Assembly (NCBI GenBank): GCA_000953435.1
Contig: LM655252.1
Location: forward strand, 270,001 to 302,000
From: Candidatus Johnevansia muelleri
GTDB lineage: Bacteria > Pseudomonadota > Gammaproteobacteria > Johnevansiales > Johnevansiaceae
DNA length: 32,000 nt
Direction of reading: 5' to 3'
The notes beneath the pieces are model-generated. The model made no database searches and was not told the DNA's origin. It was given only the letters and a program-made list of their open reading frames with translations. Positions 8,640 through 18,800 of this stretch are shown piece after piece; within the stretch, counting starts at the first letter, position 1, and each line of letters begins with the position of its first letter. The position numbers and the translations under genes were made by a program.

Positions 8640-10043
8640 CTAAACCCAATTTGTATGAAAATTTCCTATAGCATCAATACGTTTATATGTATGTCCACCA
8701 AAATAATCTCTTTGTGCTTGAATAATATTTGCTGGTAAAAATTTAGATCTATAACTATCATAATAATTTATAGCAGAACTAAATGCAGGTATTGGTATTC
8801 CATTAATTACAGAAAAAGCTACAATTTCTCTTAATGCTGATTGAAATTTACTAGTTAATTTTTGAAAATAAGGTGCCATTAATAAATTATTAATATTAGG
8901 CATATTATTATATGCTTCACTTATTTTTTTTAACAATTTGGCACTAATTATACAACCGGCACTAAATATTTTAGAAATTTCTTCATAATTCATATTCCAA
9001 AAATATTTATTTGAAGCGAATTTTAATTGTGCAAAACATTGAGCATAAGATGTTATTTTACTCATATACAATGCACGTCTTACACTTTCAATAAAGCTTA
9101 TTTTGTTTCCAATAATTTTTTTTGGGGGGGCTATTAAAAATTTAGAAGCATTAACGCGTTCATTTTTAAGATAAGAAAAATATCTTGAAAAAACAGATTG
9201 TGTAATTAAAGGAAGTGGAATACATAAATCTAATGCATTTTTACTACTCCATTTACCTGTACCTTTTTGATTAGCTATATCAAGTATAATATCAATTAAA
9301 TATTTGCCAGTTTTTTCATCACGTTTACGTAAAATATAATAAGTAATTTCTATTAAATAACTATTTAAATCACCTTTATTCCATTTTTTAAAAATAGTAG
9401 CTAATTCTTCATTGTTCAGATTAAGTATATTTTTTAATATTAAATATGATTCTGCAATAATTTGCATATCCCCATATTCAATTCCATTATGAACCATTTT
9501 TACATAATGTCCTGATCCATTAGGACCTATATATTTTATACATGTATTTTTATTTATTTTAGCAGCAACTTTTTTAAATAGTTGTGATATTAATTTATAA
9601 GAGATTTTATTACCCCCAGGCATAATTGAAGGACCTTTTAAAGCACCTTCTTCTCCTCCTGAAATACCTGCTCCTATAAAATTAATGCCTATTTTATAAA
9701 TATATTTTTCTCTTATAATGGTATCTAAGTATAAAGTATTACCTCCATCTATAATTATATCACCTATTATTAAATAATTTTTTAATTCATAAATAATTTT
9801 ATCTATTGCATTACCTGATTTTATCATTATTAAAATAATTCTTGGATAAGAAAGAGATTTAATAAATTCTTTTAGATTATAAGTAGGAATTATATTTTTA
9901 TATAAATTTTGATTTATAATTTTATTAGTTTTTTCTTTAGATCTATTATAAATATAAACTTTATAACCTTTTTTTGCAATGTTAATTGCAATATTACGGC
10001 CCATTGTTGCCATACCTATTACACCCATTTTTGTTATTGACAT
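8640..10043 (-). CDS. gnd: 6-phosphogluconate dehydrogenase, decarboxylating (long form)
   Basis: 467 aa. MGVIGMATMGRNIA, GSGHYVKMVHNGIEYGDMQIIAE, and C-terminal QRDYFGGHTYKR. Confidence 0.92.
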   Translation of the reverse strand: MSITKMGVIGMATMGRNIAINIAKKGYKVYIYNRSKEKTNKIINQNLYKNIIPTYNLKEFIKSLSYPRIILIMIKSGNAIDKIIYELKNYLIIGDIIIDGGNTLYLDTIIREKYIYKIGINFIGAGISGGEEGALKGPSIMPGGNKISYKLISQLFKKVAAKINKNTCIKYIGPNGSGHYVKMVHNGIEYGDMQIIAESYLILKNILNLNNEELATIFKKWNKGDLNSYLIEITYYILRKRDEKTGKYLIDIILDIANQKGTGKWSSKNALDLCIPLPLITQSVFSRYFSYLKNERVNASKFLIAPPKKIIGNKISFIESVRRALYMSKITSYAQCFAQLKFASNKYFWNMNYEEISKIFSAGCIISAKLLKKISEAYNNMPNINNLLMAPYFQKLTSKFQSALREIVAFSVINGIPIPAFSSAINYYDSYRSKFLPANIIQAQRDYFGGHTYKRIDAIGNFHTNWV

Positions 10044-10081
10044 TATTTTCTGCTAATTTAATTTATTAATAAAAAATTAAT

Positions 10082-11572
10082 ATGTTTACTTATAAAAATT
10101 TTATAGAATTAAGTAAGGCAGGTTATAATAGAATTCCAATTTATAGAGATATTTTTGCTGATATAGATACCCCTCTTTCTACTTATATGAAAATAGATAA
10201 AAAATCTTGGACTTTTTTATTAGAGTCTGTGGAAGGTGGTGATAAAAAAGGAAGATATTCAACAATTGGATTACCATGTAATGAACGTATAGAAATACGT
10301 GGTAAAATAGTATATTTTTATAAAAAAAATTTATTATTTAAAATAATTAAAGTTAACAATCCATTATTGTGGATAGAAGAATTTAAATTATATTATAAAT
10401 CTCCTATTATTGATAATAATTTAAGTTTTTACGGAGGATTAGTTGGTTATTTTGGGTATGATACAATATTCTATATTGAACCTAATATACTAAATATTAA
10501 TAAACCTGATCCTATTAATGTTCCAGATATTTTATTATTAGTTGTAAATAATTTATTAGTATTTGATAATATTTCTGGACGTATAACGCTTTTAACTCAT
10601 GCTAATCCAGCTGACAATAAAGCATTTGAAAATGCTATAAAATATTTAAATGAATTAGAATTTCAATTAAGAAATAATTTTATAAAAAAACATAATTCAA
10701 TTAATAAAAATATATATAATATTAATAAAAATGTATTTTACAGTTTTACTGAAAACGGGTATAAAAATGCAGTAAATCGTATTAAAGACTATATTTTGGC
10801 AGGAGATATAATGCAATGTGTTTTATCTCAACGTATAAGTATGAATTTTAATGCTTCTGGAATTGATCTTTATCGTGCATTAAGAAGTATTAATCCATCA
10901 CCTTACATGTTTTATTTTAATATGGATGATCATGAAATAGTTGGAGCTTCTCCAGAAATTATGATAAGACTTGAAGGAAAAAATATTACTTTACGTCCAA
11001 TTGCAGGTACAATACATAGAGGGAAAACAATAGAAGAAGATTCATTACTAGAGGAAGAATTATTATCTGATCCCAAAGAAAGAGCAGAACATATTATGCT
11101 TATTGATTTAGGAAGAAATGATATTAGTAAGGTTAGTAAAAATTGTATGGTAAAATTAACAGATAAAATGATAATTGAACGTTATTCACATGTTATGCAT
11201 ATAGTCTCTAATATAACTGGAGTAATAAAACCAGAATATAGTTCAATAGATTTATTAAAAGCTACTTTTCCAGCAGGTACATTATCTGGAGCTCCTAAAA
11301 TTAGATCTATTGAGATTATTAATGAAATAGAACCAATAAAAAGATGTATTTATTCTGGGATAGTAGGTTATATTTCATGGCAAGGTAATATGGAAATGGC
11401 CATTGCTATTCGTACTGCAGTAATTAAAAATGGAAAAATACATGTTCAAGCAGGAGGAGGTATAGTAGCTGATTCAGATCATGAAAAAGAATGGCAAGAA
11501 ACATTAAATAAACGTGTGGCTATTTTTAATGCTATTATAATGGCAGAAAAAGGATTAGATAATATTAATTAA
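10082..11572 (+). CDS. trpE: anthranilate synthase component I
   Basis: 496 aa. FLLESVEGG, SPYMFYF, FPAGTLSGAPKIRS and AGGGIVADS. Confidence 0.93.
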   Translation: MFTYKNFIELSKAGYNRIPIYRDIFADIDTPLSTYMKIDKKSWTFLLESVEGGDKKGRYSTIGLPCNERIEIRGKIVYFYKKNLLFKIIKVNNPLLWIEEFKLYYKSPIIDNNLSFYGGLVGYFGYDTIFYIEPNILNINKPDPINVPDILLLVVNNLLVFDNISGRITLLTHANPADNKAFENAIKYLNELEFQLRNNFIKKHNSINKNIYNINKNVFYSFTENGYKNAVNRIKDYILAGDIMQCVLSQRISMNFNASGIDLYRALRSINPSPYMFYFNMDDHEIVGASPEIMIRLEGKNITLRPIAGTIHRGKTIEEDSLLEEELLSDPKERAEHIMLIDLGRNDISKVSKNCMVKLTDKMIIERYSHVMHIVSNITGVIKPEYSSIDLLKATFPAGTLSGAPKIRSIEIINEIEPIKRCIYSGIVGYISWQGNMEMAIAIRTAVIKNGKIHVQAGGGIVADSDHEKEWQETLNKRVAIFNAIIMAEKGLDNIN

Positions 11573-11580
11573 TATAAAAT

Positions 11581-12177
11581 ATGATTTTAAATAAAAAAGT
11601 TTTAATAATTGATAATTATGATAGTTTTACTTTTAATATTGTTCAATATTTAGGGGTATTAGGGGTTGAAGTTTATATTCTTCGTAATAATATATTAAAT
11701 ATTAAAGAAATTGAAAATTTATATTTTACTCATATAATAATTTCTCCAGGGCCATCTACTCCATATGAATCTGGGATATCATTAAAGGCTATTAAATATT
11801 TTACAGGAAAATTTCCTATTTTAGGTATTTGTTTAGGTCATCAAGCCATTGCTCAAGCATTTGGTGGGAAAATAATACGTTCACCAAAAATAATGCATGG
11901 AAAAACATCAATTATTTATCATAAAAATGAAGGTATATTTTATGGTTTAAAAAATCCTCTAAAAGTAACAAGATATCATTCATTAATAATTGATAAAAAG
12001 TCCTTACCTAATTGTTTTAATATTACTGCATTAACTAACAATAATTATATTAATCAAAGTATAATTATGGGTATAAAACATAAAATATTTTATATAGAAG
12101 GAATACAATTTCATCCTGAATCCATTATGTCTATTCAAGGACATGAATTATTTAAAAATTTTTTAAAATATCCATAA
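11581..12177 (+). CDS. trpG: anthranilate synthase component II (glutamine amidotransferase)
   Basis: 198 aa. IIDNYDSFTFN, catalytic GICLGHQ, and FHPES. Confidence 0.9.
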   Translation: MILNKKVLIIDNYDSFTFNIVQYLGVLGVEVYILRNNILNIKEIENLYFTHIIISPGPSTPYESGISLKAIKYFTGKFPILGICLGHQAIAQAFGGKIIRSPKIMHGKTSIIYHKNEGIFYGLKNPLKVTRYHSLIIDKKSLPNCFNITALTNNNYINQSIIMGIKHKIFYIEGIQFHPESIMSIQGHELFKNFLKYP

Positions 12178-12200
12178 TTGAAAAAAATAGAGAATAAATT

Positions 12201-13214
12201 ATGCAACTTTGTGATTTATTAATAAAAAAAAAAAATAATTATAAACAAATGTATTTTTTAATAAAATATATTTTTACAGGAAATATAAATAAATTAAAAA
12301 TAGCAACTCTATTAACAGCTTTAACTATAAAATGTGAAAATCATATAGAAATTATAGCTGCAGTAGAAATAATGCGAAAATTAATGTTACATATAACTAT
12401 TAATAATAGTCCATATAATATTATAGATATAGTAGGTACTGGTGGAGATTATTTTAGTATTTTTAATGTTTCTACTACCTCAAGCTTTATAGGCGCTGTG
12501 GCAGGAGGTTATATAGCTAAACATGGTAATCGTAGTATATCTTCTACATCAGGAAGTGCCGATTTATTATCAAATATAGGAAGTAATATTAATATTTCTA
12601 TTAAAAATATAATATATTGTATTAAAAATATAGGAATTGGTTTTATATTTTCGCAGAAATATCATAATGTAATAAATTATTTTTCTAAACTACGTAATAA
12701 TATAGGAATACGTACAATTTTTAATATTATTGGACCATTAATTAATCCAGTAAAAGTAAAATATCATATTATAGGTGTATATAATAAAAATTTATTAATA
12801 ATATTTGCAGAATCATTATATAAATTAGGTAGTAATCATGTAATAATTGTTAATTCTCAAGATGGGTTAGATGAGATTTCTATTGCTTCTGCTACAAATA
12901 TAGCAGAAGTATATAATGATAAAATTATGACATATACCATAACCCCCGAAATGTTTGATATAGATCGTAATTATATTAATAAATTACAAATAAAAAATAC
13001 AACACAAAGTATTGCATTATTTATTTATGTACTTAAAGGTAAAAAATGTACAGCTACAGATATAGTATTATTAAATTCAGGAAGTGCTTTATTTATTTCT
13101 GGTATTACAAATGATTTAGAAAGTGGTATTGCTCTTGCTCGTTATATACTTATTACAGCATTGGGATATAAAAAGTTACAAAATTTAATTATTATTATAA
13201 ATTCTTTTTATTAA
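12201..13214 (+). CDS. trpD: anthranilate phosphoribosyltransferase
   Basis: 337 aa. DIVGTGGD..S.FNVST, AKHGNRSISSTSGSADLL, and position immediately after trpG. Confidence 0.88.
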   Translation: MQLCDLLIKKKNNYKQMYFLIKYIFTGNINKLKIATLLTALTIKCENHIEIIAAVEIMRKLMLHITINNSPYNIIDIVGTGGDYFSIFNVSTTSSFIGAVAGGYIAKHGNRSISSTSGSADLLSNIGSNINISIKNIIYCIKNIGIGFIFSQKYHNVINYFSKLRNNIGIRTIFNIIGPLINPVKVKYHIIGVYNKNLLIIFAESLYKLGSNHVIIVNSQDGLDEISIASATNIAEVYNDKIMTYTITPEMFDIDRNYINKLQIKNTTQSIALFIYVLKGKKCTATDIVLLNSGSALFISGITNDLESGIALARYILITALGYKKLQNLIIIINSFY

Positions 13215-13245
13215 AAATAATTGTTTTATAATTGTAAAAAAAAAT

Positions 13246-13304
13246 ATTAATTTAAATTATAGTGTTTTATTTTTTTTGTGATTAATTTGAATTATAGTGT
13301 TTTA
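13246..13304 (+). repeat. 24-nt direct repeat (23/24 identical, offset 35 nt) duplicating the trpC 5' end
   Basis: attaatttaaattatagtgtttta at 13246-13269 versus attaatttgaattatagtgtttta at 13281-13304. The second copy forms codons 2-9 of trpC (INLNYSVL). Confidence 0.7.
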
Positions 13305-14066
13305 AAAAAAATTATTAATTTTAAGTATCAAGAATATTTTATTGAAAAAAAAATTTATTTAAAATATATAGAAATTAATAATATTATTTCTAATCAATTT
13401 ATATATAAATTTAATATTAAAATTAATAATTATTATATAGCATTAATTGCTGAAATAAAAAAAACTTCTCCTTCATTAGGTTTAATTTGTAATTCATTTA
13501 ATCCTATTAATATAGCCAAGAATTATGAAAAGGTAGGTATGACTTGTTTATCAATTATAACTGATAATTATTTTTTTCATGGTAATAAAGAATCATTATT
13601 TTATGCTAGAATAATTTGTAAAATTCCTATTTTACGTAAAGATTTTATAATTAATGAATATCAAATTTATGAATCTAAAGCACTAAGCGCTGATTGTATT
13701 CTATTAATTGTCGCTGCATTAAGTGATAAAAAATTATATAAATTATATAAAATAGCAATATCACTAGGACTAGATGTTATTATAGAAATACATAATTTAC
13801 ATGAATTTGAAAGAATTATAAAATTAAATTTAAAATTTTTAGGTATAAACAATCGTGATTTACATACTTTTGAAACATTTTTAGAAATAACTAATTTTAT
13901 TTATGAAAATATGTATAAAAATATAATTTTAATTACAGAATCAGGAATAATAAATAAATATTATTTATTATCAATGTTATTAAATAAAATTAATATATTT
14001 TTAATAGGAGAATATTTTATTAATTATAATGAAATTATTAAAAATTTTAAAAATTTTATTAATTAA
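13278..14066 (+). CDS. trpC: indole-3-glycerol phosphate synthase
   Basis: 262 aa. LIAEIKKTSPSLG, ILRKDFII, GINNRDL. GTG start. Follows trpD. Confidence 0.85.
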   Translation: MINLNYSVLKKIINFKYQEYFIEKKIYLKYIEINNIISNQFIYKFNIKINNYYIALIAEIKKTSPSLGLICNSFNPINIAKNYEKVGMTCLSIITDNYFFHGNKESLFYARIICKIPILRKDFIINEYQIYESKALSADCILLIVAALSDKKLYKLYKIAISLGLDVIIEIHNLHEFERIIKLNLKFLGINNRDLHTFETFLEITNFIYENMYKNIILITESGIINKYYLLSMLLNKINIFLIGEYFINYNEIIKNFKNFIN

Positions 14067-14080
14067 TAAATTTGCTCCTG

Positions 14081-14153
14081 CTCCCCGAGCAGGATTCGAA
14101 CCTGCGACCCAATGATTAACAGTCATTTGCTCTACCAACTGAGCTATCAGGGA
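14081..14153 (-). tRNA. tRNA-Asn (anticodon GUU)
   Basis: Reverse complement folds as tccctga...tcgggga. Anticodon stem aatga/tcatt with loop ctGTTaa. T arm gcagg-ttcgaat-cctgc. Confidence 0.88.
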
Positions 14154-14202
14154 ATATTATATAATATTATACTTTTAATTTGAAAAGTCAATTATATATA
14201 AT

Positions 14203-14284
14203 TACCGAGCGGGGGAGTTGAACCCCCATTCCATAAGGAACAGATCTCTAAAACCTGTGTGTATACCAATTTCACCAGCTCGGC
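14203..14284 (-). tRNA. tRNA-Leu (anticodon UAG)
   Basis: Reverse complement folds as gccgagc...gctcggt. Anticodon stem caggt/atctg with loop ttTAGag. Long variable arm. T arm ggggg-ttcaact-ccccc. Confidence 0.85.
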
Positions 14285-14321
14285 AAATAAAATAATTAAT
14301 TAAAATTTTAAATATTAATTT

Positions 14322-15779
14322 TTAATAAATATTTAAAATATTAATTATTTTTTCAAAATATAAAAAATATTTTACATGTTTACTAAATCTATTAATTTCT
14401 TTTTCACGAATTGATAAATAATTTAATGAATTATTTATTTTTAATCCTACCCAATATAATATATTTTTATAAATATCTAATTTATTAAATAAACCATGTA
14501 TATAACTTCCTAAAATTTGATTATTATGTGAAATTTTACCATCTATATATTGTCCTTCTTCCATTAAGAAAACAGATTTAGTAAAATCTGTAATTTCATT
14601 TAATGTTATTCCCAAATGTATTTCATATCCATTAACATAATTATATGTTTTATTTAATAAACAATAACCATAAATTTTAATTAATTTTTTTTTTTTAGTT
14701 ATTACTGTACTATTTTTAAATAAACTTAATCCTTTTTTAATAATCATATAATTACCTTCTATTCCCAGTGGATCAATAATATTTTTACCTAAAATTTGAA
14801 ATCCACCACAAATTCCAATAAGTTTACCACCATATTGTAAATGTTTTATAATATATTCATGCCAACCTTTATTTATTAACCAAATTAAATCAGTAAAAAT
14901 ATTTTTACTACCTGGTAAAATTATTAAATTTATTATGGAAATTTCATTAGGATTAATAGCAAAATATAAATTAATTTTAGGATATAAATATAATACATCA
15001 AAATCAGTAGCATTACTAATTTTAGGAAAAAGTAATATTATAATTTTAATAAATAATATTTTTTTATTAATATTATAAACTAATTCATCTTCAGCTTCAA
15101 TATTAAGATTATATAAATAAGGTATAACAGCTATTACTGGTTTACCTGTATATTTTTCTAGCCAATTTAATCCTGATTTAATAATTGATAAATCTCCCCT
15201 AAATTTATTAATTATTAAACCAATAATTCGTTTTTTTTCACTATGAGATAATAAATTTAACGTTCCTATTATATGTGCAAAAACCCCACCACTATTAATG
15301 TCAGCTACTAAAATAACAGGACAATCAATAGCTTCTGCTAACCCCATATTAACAATATCATTTTTACGTAAATTAATTTCTGCAGGACTACCGGCACCTT
15401 CTATAAGAATAAAATCATAAGTATGTTTTAATCTATTAAAAGCCTGTATTATTAAATATTTAAAATTATGTTTTAAAATTTGATAATAATATCCATTTAT
15501 ATTAAAAAAAAAATTACCATTAACTATAATTTGGTTTTTATTTTCTGATTCTGGTTTAATTAATATAGGATTAAAATCGTTTATTGCGGGGACTTGAGCA
15601 GCTATAGATTGTATTAATTGAGCCCGACTAATTTCTCCTCCATTAATTGTTATAGCACTATTAAGTGACATATTTTGAGATTTAAATGGAGCTACTTGGA
15701 ATCCTTGTATTGATAAAATTCTACATATTGCTGTTATAATAACACTTTTTCCTGCATTAGAAGTAGTCCCTTGTATCAT
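14322..15779 (-). CDS. cobQ: cobyric acid synthase (CobQ/CbiP)
   Basis: 485 aa. N-terminal MIQGTTSNAGKS P-loop-like motif and a C-terminal glutamine amidotransferase domain with GICGGFQILG. Confidence 0.9.
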   Translation of the reverse strand: MIQGTTSNAGKSVIITAICRILSIQGFQVAPFKSQNMSLNSAITINGGEISRAQLIQSIAAQVPAINDFNPILIKPESENKNQIIVNGNFFFNINGYYYQILKHNFKYLIIQAFNRLKHTYDFILIEGAGSPAEINLRKNDIVNMGLAEAIDCPVILVADINSGGVFAHIIGTLNLLSHSEKKRIIGLIINKFRGDLSIIKSGLNWLEKYTGKPVIAVIPYLYNLNIEAEDELVYNINKKILFIKIIILLFPKISNATDFDVLYLYPKINLYFAINPNEISIINLIILPGSKNIFTDLIWLINKGWHEYIIKHLQYGGKLIGICGGFQILGKNIIDPLGIEGNYMIIKKGLSLFKNSTVITKKKKLIKIYGYCLLNKTYNYVNGYEIHLGITLNEITDFTKSVFLMEEGQYIDGKISHNNQILGSYIHGLFNKLDIYKNILYWVGLKINNSLNYLSIREKEINRFSKHVKYFLYFEKIINILNIY

Positions 15780-15812
15780 AATTGTCGTTTTTGCTCTAAA
15801 AATAATTACTCC

Positions 15813-18800
15813 TTATATTTTTTCTTTTACATATTCTAAATTTAATAATAATGTTTCAATTTTTGAAATAATATTATCATCAGCTTTCCAAAATCCTCTT
15901 TTATTTGCTTCTAATAATCTTTCTGACATTTCTATTAATGCTTTATAATTATTTTTTTTTAAAAAATTTTGATTATATGATGAAAATATTAATGTCTTAG
16001 TAATTTCTAAATATTGATAATCTTTAATAAAATTAGTAGTAGCATCAAAAGTAAATAAATAATCAATACTTGATAGCATTTCAAATGCTCCTTTATAACC
16101 ATGACGATGCATAGCTTTTATCCAGTTAGGATTTATTAATCTATTTCTAATAATACGATTTAATTCATCTTTTAAATTAATAATTTTAATTTTATTAGGA
16201 TTAGAATGATCACCTAAATAAATTTGAGGTAATTTACCTCTGAAAATTTTAACAGCATTGGCCATTCCTCCATGAAAATATGCATAATCGCCTGAATCTA
16301 AAATATCATGTTCTCTATTATCTTGATTTTGTATAATTATATCCATATTACTTAATCTTTCCTCAAATTCATCAAATTCTTCGATACCATCATTTATCTC
16401 AGTTTTTCCATAAGCATATCCACCCCATTTAATATAAGCACAAGCTAAATCTTTTTTTTTTTTCCAATTACGTCCATTGATTAATCCTTTAATTCCTGCT
16501 CCATAAGTTCCTGGTTTACTACTAAATACACGATAACTAGCTTTACGAAATGCTTTATTTTTTGATAATCCTTGTGTAATTAATTTAATTCTACGTTTTT
16601 CAATAATTGATTTAATAGTATTATTATAACCTATTTCTATATAATTAAAAATTTTTTTTATTGCAGCATCAAATAAATTAATAATATTTAAAAAAGCATC
16701 ACGAAAAAAACCAGACACACGTAATGTTACATCAATACGGGGACGTCCAAGAATTTTAATAGGAATAATTTCAAAATCAATTACACGTTGATAAACCCAT
16801 TTAGGTTCTACTCCTATTAATGCTAAAGCTTGTGCAATATCATCTCCTCCAGTCCTAATGGTTGTTGTCCCCCAAATTGAAATACCAATACTGCTAGGAT
16901 AATCTCCATAAATTTTTAAATACCGAGAAATTAATAATTCTGCTGATTTTTTACCTAATATCCATGCTGGTTTTGAAGGGATAGCAAAACTATCTATTGT
17001 ATAAAAATTACGTCCTGTTGGTAAAACCTCTAATTTTCCTCTAGTAGGAGAGCCACTAGCTCCAGGTGGTACAAATTTACCACGTAAACCATTAAGTAAT
17101 GCTCTAATTTCATTATTAGCACTATTATAAAGTAACGGTAAAAGTGTTTTTTGTACATATTCTATAACTATAGATGTATAAAAATATTTTTTATATAAAA
17201 TAGTATTTTTATGTTTAGTATAATATAATATATTTTCTAATAATTTATTTGCAAAAATTTCAAGGCGTTCTTTTGTATGTGCATTTGTAAACCAAGGTCT
17301 TGATGAAATATTTTTAAGAATATATGGTTTTGGTCCTTTCCAATGATAAATTGTTATTCCAATAGGATCAAAATCATTAGGTAAATTAAAATCTTTTGCT
17401 AAAGCATGGAATATACCTATATCTTCTTTATTTATTCCTCTAGGCAATCTTAATAATAAAATTAATGTTTCTTTAAGTAAATTTTTATTAGGAATAGTAC
17501 CTAAAATATGAAGACCATTACGAATTTGTGTTTCTTTAATTTCACATAAATAAGCATCTATGTTATTCATAATTAGATTATAATTATTTTTTTTATATAA
17601 ATTTATTTCTTCTAATAAATTATTTTCTCTTGTTTTTTTTATAATTAAATTTTTAAGATAAATTTCACGAAATAAATCAATATTTATTGCTTGATAATAT
17701 TCATCAATAATTAGTTCTATTTCATATATTTGACCATATATATTAGCTTTAGATAAAGGGGGCATTAAATGATCAATTATAACAGCTTGAGTACGACGTT
17801 TTGCTTGAGCACCTTCTCCAGGATCATTTACAATAAATGGATAAAAATTAGGTATAGTTCCTAAAATAATATCTGGCCAACAAGTTATAGATAACGCATT
17901 ACTTTTACCAGGTAACCATTCTAAATTACCATGTTTACCAATATGAATAATAGCATTAATCTTAAATATATTACGTAACCAAAAATAAAAAGCAATATAA
18001 TTATGTGGTGGTATTAACTCAGGATCATGATAATTCGCTTCTATATTAATATTAAAACCTCTGGCGGGTTGAATACCAATAAAAATGTTATTAAGTTTTA
18101 TTCCAGGAATTAATAAATATTTACCATTAATATTTTTATAAAAAGGATCTTTATTAGGTTCTCCCCACAGTATTATTACTTCTTTACGATTTTGGGGAGT
18201 AAGTGTTGCAAAATAATTTAAGTAATTTTTTATTTTTATATTTTGAAATTGTTTTATTAAATTAACTAATTCATTTGAATTTTTAGGAATATTATTAATT
18301 ATATATCCATCATTTTTAAATGATTGTAAAATATTTAAAATAGATGCTGGTGTATCTAAACCTACACCATTACCTATTTTAGCATTACTATTAGGATAAT
18401 TTGATAAAATAATTGCAATACGTTTTTCATTATTATTTAATTTATTAAGACTAATTAAATTATTTGCTATATTTGCTACAATATGAGCTCTTTCTTCATG
18501 TAAAACAAAATGAATAATACTACTTTGTGTACGAATATTATTTATATAATTTGCTTTAAAAGCAATTACTCTTGTAATTATACGACCATCAAGTTCAGGC
18601 AATACTATATGCATAGCAATATCACGTATAGAAATACCTTGTTTTTTTTTTTTCCAATATTCACGTCTATTACTAGCTAAAATTAATTGTAAAATAGGAA
18701 TATTTTTATTAAAATTACTAATTGATGATATAGTTTTATAATTATTTAATAAAGCAAAACCTGTAGTATTTAAAATTAAATAAGAATTAGTTATTTTAAT

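Noticed and set aside
13667-13852. 61-aa ORF on the minus strand inside trpC
   Set aside because: It is entirely antisense to a well-supported trpC reading frame. The product is low-complexity I/N/S/L-rich with no recognisable motif. Such ORFs arise by chance in AT-rich DNA.
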